The notes under the pieces are model-generated. The model was not told the DNA's origin and searched no databases. It worked only from the letters and a program-made list of their open reading frames with translations. Made by a program: the position numbers and the translations under genes. From a virus, in the IMG/VR virus record IMGVR_UViG_3300032294_001887, positions 10,768-74,767 of that record: a DNA stretch of 64,000 bases. One strand, written 5' to 3'. How positions within the stretch are numbered: position 1 is the first letter of the stretch; every line of letters begins with the position of its first letter. Below, one piece after another: positions 41,301 through 51,383 of this stretch.

Positions 41301-43826
41301 GGTCGTTACACACCACCAAATACCCCTAGTTATAGTTTCCCCACATCAATACTTGACGGATTTAGTGAACAAGTTGTGTTGATTCTGCAAAGAGGGGTTG
41401 ACCCATACTCACCAAAATTACCAAATAGTTATGGTATTGGAAGAATATTGGGTCACTCAAGTGAAAATGCGGTGGTGATATCGGGAATGACGAGAATGAA
41501 TACACCAATTCAGCCATTACCTCCGACTTCAACTATTTCAGTACAAAACCATAAAAATGTTAATGAAATATTCTCGGGGTCACATTTTTATACTCCGGGA
41601 ATTCCGAACAGTATAATACCAAATGCGTCATCAACTCCAGGTCTTGCTTTTTCATCCTATACTACGAGTAATGTAGGGTATTACGGAGCGTTAGATAGTC
41701 GATATACGACGACAACACCACCTCGATTAACTATCAAATCAGTTTTAAATCAAGTGTTTTATGGAAATGGAATCAATCAAAGTACTTTTGGTGAACAGAA
41801 AGCTGGAACTTTTGGGTTTAAAGCAGGTACGACAACTAGAAGTACTAATTATGGTGTCTATCCTATTTCTGTTGGAGGTCCCACAACCATGAAAGGGGTT
41901 GCGGTAACCCAACCATCACAAAATGTTTTTGGGGTTCAAACCACAACATTTACAAATAATATTACGTCTGTTAGTTATGGTGGAAATACTCTTTTAAACC
42001 CAAGTACTAGATATCGTTTGGATGAGGATTTATCCGGTGCTGCATATATGTTTAGAGGACCTTTGGAAGTGTTCCTTGCGGAATATAGGGTTGCTAAAAC
42101 TGATTTTTATGGTTATAAAGCAACTGAAGGTCAACCTTTTAGTCTATATTTTAGTCCATTATTATTACCTGAATTTACAGGAGGTACCACAGGACCTAAT
42201 GCCGGATTAACTATTAGTAACCCAACAACTCAAATGGTAATGAGGACTGACCGATTACCATCTTCTGATGAATTTGATGTTCAGAGAAGAGCAACAGATT
42301 TTGCGTTTTTAAATGGTAGTGTTGGATTATTGCAACAAAATTTGTCATTTGCGGTTTATTCTACCGAGGTTGGTTTAAGTTTTGGTGCACCTAGCTTTTC
42401 AACAGGTGCGGAACAAGTTACGGCGGATATTCAAGGTCAAGTATTACAAGCAACCGTTTTTGAAACTATGAATGATTGTGAAAAAATGGTTGGACTTGAT
42501 TATTATGAAGGTAATGGTTCCACATTTAGAGTAAAACCTGGAGCATTACAAAATGATAATGTTGAAAACGGGTGTTATGTGATGATGAATAGACCATTAT
42601 TAGATTTAACAAAAGATTTAGATACATTTGGAGAGTGGGGATATAGATTTAGATTTTATTATGGATTATGTAGGGGGGTTTTATCTCAATCATTTGTTAA
42701 TAATTGGGTAAATGGGTCATTATATATGTTCCCGATGCAAATTGACACTTATTTCGACACTAATAATCAACCATTAAGACCTAGATTTGCTGAAGAAATT
42801 GTTTATTTTGATGATAAAACAAATAATTTCTATTATAGGAGTTCACCATATATAAATTCTATTAGTAACCCAAGATTTGTTGGTGCACCCACAAATAGCA
42901 CTGCGGTAAATAAACGCAACTTATTGTTTCCAACAACGATAATAAATTTAGGATATAAGGATGATTTTTACGGGGAAGTATTATTCGACCCAGCAGCTAA
43001 AGGGTATATTATGAAAAGTTTATCACCAACGACATATTCAGATACTTCAGATTTGGTTAATTTATTTGTTATTAGTAGAATTACGGATAGTGGATTTTTA
43101 ACTAGAATTTTATCCGGTTTAAATAGTTCACTTAATATCTTATTCTCAAGAAAACAACTTAGAATTGATGGTGATTTAGCTCAAGCTATGTCAATTAATT
43201 CAGAGTATGGTGTTATACCATTCTCACCACAATATTATAGTCCTGAAAGTGGTTCTGTTGTGGTATTACCGGGTCCAACTATGGGAGTTTTCTTTTCATC
43301 TACCACAATTGATTTACAAAATAAAGATTTTTTAAGTCCGGGAATTATTAATTTTAGGTCACCATTTAATTCTAATGTAAACACATATGAATATGGGATA
43401 AAATCACAAGTTGTCCCATTTTATCAATGGGGATTATTTACTGGTAACACTACAAATACAATATTTGGGAGTGAAAGAAATGATTGGGATACAAGTCAGA
43501 GTGCCTCGAATCTTAGTGAAGGTATTTTTAGTGAAAGATATCAATCCTTGAATAGAAGAAATCCTGATGTTCCGGGAAATCCAAGTTATTTTATGACTTC
43601 AAATGTGATAAGCTCTAGTGTTAGTGATATATATAAACGAGGTTATATCTTTGCGGTTAATTCGAATGGGGGTTATGCATATAGTCTTAACCCAAGTCTC
43701 TCAAATTATGCTGGAGGTACAACACCTAAATTTTTAGTTGGAGCTCCTAATCATTTTTATTTTGGTATAATCCAAGGTGAAACTGCATTGGATAAATTTA
43801 AAACAAAATATTCGGTTGATGAATAA
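38343..43826 (+). CDS. large virion/baseplate protein with carboxypeptidase-regulatory-like N-terminal domain and long hydrophobic segment
   Basis: GVVVGRVTANNGFGIPNARVSIF..TNESGDYMIMGVP; about 100-aa hydrophobic tract near residues 495-595; within baseplate operon. Confidence 0.55.
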   Translation: MMGQSYRIRTELGVNKSINVQLDQEFEFLEILSLKLQQEDIYTKSCAEYGVVVGRVTANNGFGIPNARVSIFIPIDSVDESNPIISSIYPYKSPSDKNEDGYRYNLLPYEKSYSTHAATGTLPSRLDVLTGGTAVEIYDKYYKFSVKTNESGDYMIMGVPQGERTIVMDVDLSDIGEFSLTPQDLIRMGLATESQVAGGRFRTSNDLNSLPQIINLVKNLEVSPLWGDPELCTIAINRVDFDLRDDANVDIQPTSVFMGSIYSTADTYRIRPNAKPADDMGNLCALVAGPGQILAIRQTIYQDNDGNPVLEQHQLEQSGNIIDGNGVWLTELPMNLDYFITNEFGEKVLSNDPTIGIPTKAKYRFKIKWQQSPGLTEQVRRPYYLVPNIKEYGWSSGGGGISDVNEQQSSYYFGLAWSGYTNGFTGTQKNNRLNEIINCEDTFYEFQFNKVYTIAGLIDEFKNGGRGNFIGIKEIDSPDCANTINKFPVNDGFKNFDLIYFIFAIILQIIQILGIPLLIVFHFLAFLWNNFATPILLFFIGLLVKAAVQQGILVIAAIAGSAAFGATLAMIAPHALLAILYSVSAIFLTINFRQIVSYTFGRLKLPMMTYPDCQSCECDPETTAPGGGDQESVPPSGFLTQLSNGGLYIDNLEVNFFDPSGTNEDNEDNAQLSAVTISQAISGKFSRKTPTIYKSTFTEPFTFPDPIPDSSGGKKLIAAGITLPPGERVNKYNTRKKYFDNVNKIKVTFNYPSNIGKSHDDNTLTVLASQALEPGTLLTFIDPLKTKDVNFLWTGTTSIGANKLTGINGIIKNNQFNADVIYAKTQTTSDMVSYIIPSGNSTCFLSITFDVVSTGTTTYFSCANEKVTVTATTTGSKTITNANGIDITTLGGTAEISGITYGQACQRYIYPSDLEYYQVLTAITINTNVDPGTGKTIYSLPGQGDPTKGFWNDLIADNKMFLLANWALDGYENYGYVKGTDAGNLIGRYTPPNTPSYSFPTSILDGFSEQVVLILQRGVDPYSPKLPNSYGIGRILGHSSENAVVISGMTRMNTPIQPLPPTSTISVQNHKNVNEIFSGSHFYTPGIPNSIIPNASSTPGLAFSSYTTSNVGYYGALDSRYTTTTPPRLTIKSVLNQVFYGNGINQSTFGEQKAGTFGFKAGTTTRSTNYGVYPISVGGPTTMKGVAVTQPSQNVFGVQTTTFTNNITSVSYGGNTLLNPSTRYRLDEDLSGAAYMFRGPLEVFLAEYRVAKTDFYGYKATEGQPFSLYFSPLLLPEFTGGTTGPNAGLTISNPTTQMVMRTDRLPSSDEFDVQRRATDFAFLNGSVGLLQQNLSFAVYSTEVGLSFGAPSFSTGAEQVTADIQGQVLQATVFETMNDCEKMVGLDYYEGNGSTFRVKPGALQNDNVENGCYVMMNRPLLDLTKDLDTFGEWGYRFRFYYGLCRGVLSQSFVNNWVNGSLYMFPMQIDTYFDTNNQPLRPRFAEEIVYFDDKTNNFYYRSSPYINSISNPRFVGAPTNSTAVNKRNLLFPTTIINLGYKDDFYGEVLFDPAAKGYIMKSLSPTTYSDTSDLVNLFVISRITDSGFLTRILSGLNSSLNILFSRKQLRIDGDLAQAMSINSEYGVIPFSPQYYSPESGSVVVLPGPTMGVFFSSTTIDLQNKDFLSPGIINFRSPFNSNVNTYEYGIKSQVVPFYQWGLFTGNTTNTIFGSERNDWDTSQSASNLSEGIFSERYQSLNRRNPDVPGNPSYFMTSNVISSSVSDIYKRGYIFAVNSNGGYAYSLNPSLSNYAGGTTPKFLVGAPNHFYFGIIQGETALDKFKTKYSVDE

Positions 43827-45510
43827 GTACACAATTATTCCAAGTAGTTTACAATTTAAGTCGGCACCATTTGTTGACCAAGAAATTTCATTGTCTTTGG
43901 AACAACAAAGTCAACAGATTACTGAATATGATAGAAGTCAGAGTATTAGTTTGGCTCAAATATTTGACAATGAAAGACAGACCTGTTCAATATTTAGACC
44001 TACATTTAAATTAAATTATTTGTACGCCAACACTTATACAGGAACTACTGAATATATTCCATTTAGAAATACCTTATATTATGTTCAACCCGAACAATCT
44101 TCTTTTAATAATGTTTGGTTTGGGTACCCACAATATTATGAGTTTGATTTTTATAGACCTGATGTTAGTGACCAACATATTAGATATCAAGCAAAAAGTG
44201 CTTATACTTACAATTGGACTTATTATGTTAGTTATGCTCACCAAAACAATTATAATAAGAAATTATTTTATGAATTAAATAACACTAGTTTAACATGGAC
44301 TGCTTCCGAAGGAATCCCATTCTCAATTTTTAACACAACCCAAAATGGAAATAGTGTTATTGGATTCCAATGTATTGCACCACACGGATTAAATGTTGGA
44401 GAATATGTTGAGTTGTCATTTGATTATGACAAAATAAAATTATTCCAAGTTTATTCATTAGGAAATGGTTTATTGGATAGTGATGAATATATTTTTAATA
44501 TTTATAATGTTGGTTACCGCGGAGGAACATTCTCAAATCAAAAAACAGGTACATTCAAGAGAGTTATAAATCCTGAAAATATTTTGGAAACAAAATCAAA
44601 ATATTATGTGAGAGAACATAAGATTTTAACAAATCTTGAGGATTGTGTTATGACAAAAAATGCGTTTGAAAAAAATGTATTTAATGAGGAAAGACAACTT
44701 GAATTAAGTTCAATTACACCAAATAAAATTACTAGAATTTCTCAAAAAACAAGTAGTAATTCATATAACATCACAATTAAACGTGACTTAGACCTTGCAA
44801 ATGTATTGGATAATCAGAAAAGACCTGTTAGTGAGTTATTTTTAACCATAATAAATAAAGGTTATACGGGATATTTTAATTACCCGACAAATGGTAACAT
44901 TGCGTTAAAACAAGGTTGGAAATTTAATTTAACTAATTCACCAAATTCTTGGTGGGACAACACTAATCCGGAATCAAATACTAAGATTCCAACATCAAGT
45001 TATTCATTAAGTAATAAAACATTTTATTATAATCAAAATTTAATTTCGGGAGATACCATAGATGGAGATTTTTGTGAGTGGAACGACTATGAACAATTGG
45101 AAAGGGTTATTTCTCCGTATTATCAAAAAATTAAATATAACCAGAGTGTATTTCAATCGTCTGACATTCCGGGTGATACTAATTCACCAGGGTTCTATTA
45201 CCAACCACATACACCAATGACTATTAGAGTGTTTTCGGATTATATTGAAACAGGTGATTTAGAATTTATTGAAGGAATACCAAACTATGCCTATTTCTCC
45301 AATTCAGACCAACAATTTAGATGGAGAGATTTGTACACTTATGGGTTTAATGATAATTTAGGTAGAGGTGTTGATTATCCTTTTTTAAATTTTGCTCAAT
45401 ACCCATTTAAGGATGTTCAATTTAGATTGATACCTGAAGGAATAAACTATAACTCCGTAATAACTGGAGTTGATTTCCCAATAAAACCTTTGATAGATGG
45501 ATGTGAATAA
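43819..45510 (+). CDS. putative baseplate/structural protein
   Basis: Probable start ATG 43819 (MNKYTIIP) overlapping upstream stop; Tyr/Phe/Asn-rich composition. Confidence 0.6.
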   Translation: MNKYTIIPSSLQFKSAPFVDQEISLSLEQQSQQITEYDRSQSISLAQIFDNERQTCSIFRPTFKLNYLYANTYTGTTEYIPFRNTLYYVQPEQSSFNNVWFGYPQYYEFDFYRPDVSDQHIRYQAKSAYTYNWTYYVSYAHQNNYNKKLFYELNNTSLTWTASEGIPFSIFNTTQNGNSVIGFQCIAPHGLNVGEYVELSFDYDKIKLFQVYSLGNGLLDSDEYIFNIYNVGYRGGTFSNQKTGTFKRVINPENILETKSKYYVREHKILTNLEDCVMTKNAFEKNVFNEERQLELSSITPNKITRISQKTSSNSYNITIKRDLDLANVLDNQKRPVSELFLTIINKGYTGYFNYPTNGNIALKQGWKFNLTNSPNSWWDNTNPESNTKIPTSSYSLSNKTFYYNQNLISGDTIDGDFCEWNDYEQLERVISPYYQKIKYNQSVFQSSDIPGDTNSPGFYYQPHTPMTIRVFSDYIETGDLEFIEGIPNYAYFSNSDQQFRWRDLYTYGFNDNLGRGVDYPFLNFAQYPFKDVQFRLIPEGINYNSVITGVDFPIKPLIDGCE

Positions 45511-46339
45511 AATACAAATAAGGAAAGACGGATTTACAAATAAAGAATTGGTTATACCTATTCAATTAACTTGGGATTATCTTGGGTTAGACCAAAGTAT
45601 TGATGAATATGAAGCTGAAATCATTAAACAAGTTACTGGCGATTATGGTGATTTTGAAGTTGATAGATTCGCTCATGCTCCAATAACCATTCAAGACCCG
45701 TTAAGTAATACACCTTTTGAGTTTACTGACATTCAGTATGAATTTAATTTTTGGTCAGGAGGGTCTTTAAATACTCCATTAAGTTGGAGCGGTACATACC
45801 TTTACGAAGGATTCACCACTCAAGAAATATATTATTACACAAATAATTTCTCAAATTCTTTTTTCAAGTTAGATTTATACGATAGTGTTGATGAAAAACA
45901 ACAAACGAACTATATTACAATAATAATACCAACACAACAAGGGTTAACTCAGGATGCTTTGCTGGATAGGACTCCCGTTAAAATTAAAAGACCTTATTTT
46001 GTTTTGGATTATGTCGGAGATAAAGAAGGGTTTTTTATCTATTGGTTAAAGAAAAGAAATTTCTTGGACATATCAACATTCTATATGACCGCAAAATTTT
46101 ATGATGCTAGACTAGGGTTTTTCACAAAAATGATGAACATGCCTCAATCATCAATATCGGGAGATAAATACGTTTTTGATTATAAAAATTATTTCTATTA
46201 TAGAGTTGACTTAGATTATGAAAAACAAAACTATCAAGTTTTTAATATAAACAAATATCAGAATATATATAGTAACTTAAATAACAGGGCGGGTGCGACT
46301 ATACCCATAAAATGGTATGAATATGTTAATCCTCAATAA
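45497..46339 (+). CDS. putative baseplate/structural protein
   Basis: translationally coupled within baseplate operon. Confidence 0.55.
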   Translation: MDVNKIQIRKDGFTNKELVIPIQLTWDYLGLDQSIDEYEAEIIKQVTGDYGDFEVDRFAHAPITIQDPLSNTPFEFTDIQYEFNFWSGGSLNTPLSWSGTYLYEGFTTQEIYYYTNNFSNSFFKLDLYDSVDEKQQTNYITIIIPTQQGLTQDALLDRTPVKIKRPYFVLDYVGDKEGFFIYWLKKRNFLDISTFYMTAKFYDARLGFFTKMMNMPQSSISGDKYVFDYKNYFYYRVDLDYEKQNYQVFNINKYQNIYSNLNNRAGATIPIKWYEYVNPQ

Positions 46340-47448
46340 TGGAAGATTTTTATAAAATAATAGTTTCACCTGAGACAATAAAAGGTGATTTATTTTTAGT
46401 AAATTTACAAGGAAACAATGTAAGTGGTAGTTCTACCGGACAAACTGTCGGTGTTTACTCTGCAATGACCCAAGTTCTTAGTTCCGGGCCAAACGGGTCT
46501 TCATTATTAACGGGGTTAACGGTTCCAATACTAATTAGACAAACCGCAATAGATGTAGGATATTATAGTCCGTTTGACGGAGCGGTATTACAAAAAGATG
46601 TTGTTACGAATTTTATATTCTCATCAACAACTTCAAATCCTTATAGATATAATATCTATAATACTTCAAGTGAATTTCAAAAATTTTTGGACTTATCTTC
46701 ATATCAGGTAGATTGGGGTGATGGCTCACCAAAACAACGCATAACGACATATACACCAAATTCCCTAAATCATACATATCCTACGGCAAATAAAACATAT
46801 ACAATTACATTAGAACAGACAAATCCTTGGGGGATTACAAGAGTAAGTAAAACGATTACAACACCTTATACTAATGTTGTCCCAACCAATCCAAACGGTG
46901 AAGCATTTTTCACACCTGCTGGCGGTAACTGGGTTCAGACCCCTGTTAGTTACGATTATATATTTTCGGGTGACTCGGTTAATGAAGTTCAACCTCAAAC
47001 ATCAATTAATTATGTGACCATACCATATACGGTTTCCGGAATAACAAAATCAAGTATTACTGATTTGGCGTTATATGGGTCGGTGAAATATCAGGTTAAT
47101 ACACCTGTAATTAAGAACGGACAAATTTGGGGTGTAATTACAGATATAGACGATATTTTTACCGCCTATACTATTAACTCCGTTAATTACGTTGATTATA
47201 TTGATGGGACAACAATATTTTTTGAACAATCTTCAGGTTTTACCGATAGTAACTTAACTGCAGTTCCTATTACTAAAGATGAGGTTTTGTTAAAAGTTGT
47301 TGCTCAGGCACAAATACAATCCGATATTTTTATTGAACGCGGAAAGAATTCTGCATATGAAAGAATTCAAAGATTAGGAGAAGTTGATAATTTAGGTGAT
47401 ATGATAAACTATGGGTATGGATTTTTTAATGTTGAAAAAAAGAACTAA
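46339..47448 (+). CDS. PKD-domain virion protein
   Basis: YQVDWGDGS..NHTYPTANKTYTITL PKD signature. Confidence 0.65.
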   Translation: MEDFYKIIVSPETIKGDLFLVNLQGNNVSGSSTGQTVGVYSAMTQVLSSGPNGSSLLTGLTVPILIRQTAIDVGYYSPFDGAVLQKDVVTNFIFSSTTSNPYRYNIYNTSSEFQKFLDLSSYQVDWGDGSPKQRITTYTPNSLNHTYPTANKTYTITLEQTNPWGITRVSKTITTPYTNVVPTNPNGEAFFTPAGGNWVQTPVSYDYIFSGDSVNEVQPQTSINYVTIPYTVSGITKSSITDLALYGSVKYQVNTPVIKNGQIWGVITDIDDIFTAYTINSVNYVDYIDGTTIFFEQSSGFTDSNLTAVPITKDEVLLKVVAQAQIQSDIFIERGKNSAYERIQRLGEVDNLGDMINYGYGFFNVEKKN

Positions 47449-47472
47449 ACTATTTATAAATAAAAAGACAAA

Positions 47473-48381
47473 ATGGCAATTGGAAGCTACGGCACGATAA
47501 GACCTTCAGACGTAAGTCCTGAAGATGTTCAAATCATAATGAACTATACACCATCAAGGGATGTTACGGATAATTTCATCCTAACAGAACTTGATGCTCA
47601 AACATTACTAAAACCATATTTTAATAATACAGAAACAGGTGGGAATGCGAATGTTGAAATTTTGGGGGGGTTATATAATTTAACATTACCTGCCGAACAA
47701 TTTAACGCTCTTGGAATTTATACTTTATATCTAAGACCTGCTCAAATTAGAACCGTAATAACAGATTGTGGTGTGTTAAGTGCATTACCAAATGTTAAAG
47801 GTATTGTAATTGACATTACAAATGTACCGGTTCAATATCAGAATAAATTTGTTCCACAAGGTTTGGTTGGATTTAGAATTGAATATTTGAATCCAGATGG
47901 CTCAAAAATACCAAATTTCTTTAGAGTTGTGACTTCATCTTTCTTTTGTGAGCCGGTTGTATCTAATGAAGTAAATACAACTCAAAAGTCAATAAGATAT
48001 AGATATGTTGATGGTAGTTCAAATTTAATTTTTTTAACACTATCACCATCATCTTCTCCGACAAATAAACCAAATGCAACACCTTTTATTGGACAACCTG
48101 ACCAAAATATTATAATCACAAATACATTTTTCAATCCGGTTACATTAGAGGTTGAAATGGTTGAATATGACATATCATCTCTTGCAATTGCTCTTTATGG
48201 TAATCAGACTAAATCTATTGATGATGGTATCTACACAATTTACGATTCTGAAAATAATATTTACAGACAATACAATCTATACGAAATTAGAGACCAATTT
48301 AACGCTCTTCTTTATGAGGTTAGACAAAGTAGAGGAAATAATATTGATTTTAGTAAAAACTTCACAACAATAACGAGTTAA
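47473..48381 (+). CDS. putative structural protein
   Basis: 302-aa ORF with TATTTATA at 47451; coupled to downstream wedge gene. Confidence 0.6.
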   Translation: MAIGSYGTIRPSDVSPEDVQIIMNYTPSRDVTDNFILTELDAQTLLKPYFNNTETGGNANVEILGGLYNLTLPAEQFNALGIYTLYLRPAQIRTVITDCGVLSALPNVKGIVIDITNVPVQYQNKFVPQGLVGFRIEYLNPDGSKIPNFFRVVTSSFFCEPVVSNEVNTTQKSIRYRYVDGSSNLIFLTLSPSSSPTNKPNATPFIGQPDQNIIITNTFFNPVTLEVEMVEYDISSLAIALYGNQTKSIDDGIYTIYDSENNIYRQYNLYEIRDQFNALLYEVRQSRGNNIDFSKNFTTITS

Positions 48382-51300
48382 TGGCGGTAGAGATAAAAAA
48401 TACTAAATACTTTTATCCGCCGCGTCCTGGTAATGGCGCGGGGACTTTTTCTGACAACATTGTAGGATTACAAACCGTTGAAGGAGGAGGACTTACGCAA
48501 GGTAATTTTGAGTTTACTACGGGTGTAACGGAAAAGGTGAACAGAACCTTCAATGTCGGAGCTTTCTCCGAACCAATATCGTTAGACATGTTGGGTGTAG
48601 ACAGTTTGGAACAAAGTAGACTAATACTTGCAACACAATTTAGAGTTTATCCTAATTACGATATTTCCCAAGTTCTTAATTTTTCAATGTATGGTTCACT
48701 ATCTAAAAGATTTAGTGTGTCGATAACAAAAATTATTAATTACTTTCCGGCATCATTAGATGTAATGTTCACTAATGATGACTATGTTACAGGTAATACC
48801 GCTTATGATATTGTGTATGATAGGGAAGCTGATGAAACTTATTTTAAAGTAAATGTGGATAGAATTAGTAACCCTTTTGATATTGATTATTCTATAAACG
48901 CTACAACTAATTTAAACATCAGAGAGATTAGTGTATCACCATATAGAAATCTATATAATACTTACTTGGATTATTGTGTTAGTATTAATGATAATATTTT
49001 TAATATATTGGCGTTTGTTCCATCAGAAACATTATCATTAGGATACATTCAACTTTACGCTTCAGGGGCACCATTCGGAACCACCGCAACAACAATTAAT
49101 GATGAGTTCCAAGTTAGACCCAACGACTATATCGTTGATAAAACTTTCCAAGAATCTTTTGACGAAGTTGAAAAATTCTTGGTTAATAGATTAGTAAGAC
49201 CTGAATATACTGCAGTATTCCAAGTCCCACAACAAAATGAATATGGTCAAACATATACTGAATACAAACAAGTTACTTGGCCGAAAAAAGGACCTTGGAA
49301 TTTAGATATTAGTTCATTTCTATTCGACAACTATCTTGAAGAAATTCAGGCAATTGCGATTAATTTAGATTCTTTCAAAACAAACTTAATCTCAAGATTT
49401 TTAGTTACAGATTCTTTAAAAGAATTTGATACTTTAGGTCAAAAAGTTGAAAAAATATTTCAAATCTATGGTAGAAGTTTTGACCAAGTAAAACAATTCA
49501 TTGACGGATTAGCTTATATGAATTCGGTTAACTATAACCCTTCAAATGACATCCCTTCAGAATTGTTGGTGAATTTGTCAAGAACATTAGGGTGGTCATC
49601 AAACTTTTCTCCAATAACAAATGAGGATTTTTTAAGTTCAGTTTTTGGTAATACCTCAACTCCAACATATCCTGGATATGCAAGAGCCCTGACTCCAACA
49701 GAGTTAAATTATGCTTATTATCGTAATTTAATTCTCAATGCTTCCTATCTTTTTAAATCAAAAGGAACAAGAAGGTCAATTGAGTTTTTATTAAGATTAA
49801 TCGGAGCACCTGATTCATTAATCGAATACAATGAGCACATCTATTTGGCTGACCAAAAAATTAATCTTGAACAATTCGATACTCAATGGGCGGCTATATC
49901 AGGTGGAACTTATGTTAATAATGTTCCTAGTTATTTACCAAATGACACATACAAGATTCAAGGAAATTTATATACCGCATTTACATCAAGTGCGATATAC
50001 CAAGATGTTAATGTAAATTTAACTGATTACCCTATTGATACTGAAGGGTATCCAAAAGCACCTCAAAATACGGAAACATTCTTTTTTCAAATTGGTGCAG
50101 GTTGGTATGAAGTAACACCACAACATAGAAGTCCTGATGCTGTCCAAATAACCGGAAATGTATACACAGGGCAAAATTTTAATGTCCAAACTCAACTAAC
50201 ACCGTTCACTTATGGTCAGACTTATCTTAACCGATACCGAAACTTTCCATATATGAGTGAAGGTTTCAAATTACAAAAAGTTGTTGATAATAATAAATCT
50301 TGGTTATCTAGCGACGATAAAATAAGAATATCGACTCAAGGGGATTATAACGCTTATTATTTTGTGGATAATGAAAAATTAGTGTTGAATGTTAAAAATG
50401 TTGATATTTTCTTAAATCCCGCGCAAGGTCTCGTATATGATGTTTGGGACCAATCAAGACAATATGATTATCCAATACCTGAATCGGGATTAACGGTGGG
50501 ATATCCGGTACCTGGAGGAGTCGATTGGACATACATTAATCCTGAACCAAAGAAAAAAACATTCTTTGAATTTTCTCAAACATTTTGGGAGAATATGATT
50601 AACACAAGAAATAGACAATATATTTCAGATGGAAAAACCGGAGGATACCCAACACTCCAATCAATCTTTTGGAAATATATCGAATCGGAACAAACAGTTG
50701 GATTACCAAATAACCAATATACTTATCAAAAGTTAATTGATTATGTAAATGGAATTGGACCATATTGGACAAAGTTGGTGGAACAAATGGTTCCTGCAAC
50801 TACAATATGGAATGGGGGAGTTAGATTGGAAAATTCTATTTTCCACAAACAAAAGTTGGCGTATAGACGACAACGAGGTTGTGAATTTATTTTAGTTCCT
50901 GTCAATCCATGTTATATAAATTCAGGTATTTTTGATTACACTTGTAATTCAGAAGAGGCTACCTTTAACATTTATCCATGGTTTAATCAGGATATAAAAG
51001 TTTCAAACTTCAGTAGTATCTTAGGTTATACACTTAATAATATGTTATCACAACAAGGTTTAACCCTAAATGATTGTAACCAAAATTCAGTATTAACTGA
51101 ATGGTATGTAGATTTAGTTATTGATGGGCAACAAATAATAAAAGAACTTTTTTATACTGGATACGGTATATTAGATGTCCCAACTCCAAATCAATGGAGA
51201 TTTGCATTGCTTAATTATTTACCACAATTAATAAATTATGGATATTCTTATTCGTTTAATAGTGACAATTTAGTAAGTGGTAATATATTAACAATAACGA

Positions 51301-51383
51301 ATTTAAATTGTTTGAATAATACAACAATTAGTTCAGTTTCACTCTATGTAGGAATAAACATTAATATTAATTGTGCTCGATAA
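48381..51383 (+). CDS. baseplate wedge protein (T4 gp7 / P2 gpI-like)
   Basis: IPSELLVNLSRTLGW..LILNASYLFKSKGTRRSIEFLLRLIG. Confidence 0.7.
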   Translation: MAVEIKNTKYFYPPRPGNGAGTFSDNIVGLQTVEGGGLTQGNFEFTTGVTEKVNRTFNVGAFSEPISLDMLGVDSLEQSRLILATQFRVYPNYDISQVLNFSMYGSLSKRFSVSITKIINYFPASLDVMFTNDDYVTGNTAYDIVYDREADETYFKVNVDRISNPFDIDYSINATTNLNIREISVSPYRNLYNTYLDYCVSINDNIFNILAFVPSETLSLGYIQLYASGAPFGTTATTINDEFQVRPNDYIVDKTFQESFDEVEKFLVNRLVRPEYTAVFQVPQQNEYGQTYTEYKQVTWPKKGPWNLDISSFLFDNYLEEIQAIAINLDSFKTNLISRFLVTDSLKEFDTLGQKVEKIFQIYGRSFDQVKQFIDGLAYMNSVNYNPSNDIPSELLVNLSRTLGWSSNFSPITNEDFLSSVFGNTSTPTYPGYARALTPTELNYAYYRNLILNASYLFKSKGTRRSIEFLLRLIGAPDSLIEYNEHIYLADQKINLEQFDTQWAAISGGTYVNNVPSYLPNDTYKIQGNLYTAFTSSAIYQDVNVNLTDYPIDTEGYPKAPQNTETFFFQIGAGWYEVTPQHRSPDAVQITGNVYTGQNFNVQTQLTPFTYGQTYLNRYRNFPYMSEGFKLQKVVDNNKSWLSSDDKIRISTQGDYNAYYFVDNEKLVLNVKNVDIFLNPAQGLVYDVWDQSRQYDYPIPESGLTVGYPVPGGVDWTYINPEPKKKTFFEFSQTFWENMINTRNRQYISDGKTGGYPTLQSIFWKYIESEQTVGLPNNQYTYQKLIDYVNGIGPYWTKLVEQMVPATTIWNGGVRLENSIFHKQKLAYRRQRGCEFILVPVNPCYINSGIFDYTCNSEEATFNIYPWFNQDIKVSNFSSILGYTLNNMLSQQGLTLNDCNQNSVLTEWYVDLVIDGQQIIKELFYTGYGILDVPTPNQWRFALLNYLPQLINYGYSYSFNSDNLVSGNILTITNLNCLNNTTISSVSLYVGINININCAR

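Noticed and set aside
5270-51383. Bacterial extracellular contractile injection system or tailocin
   Set aside because: Neck gene, phage-type SSB/UvsX/helicase/RNR and phage gene density indicate a true phage genome
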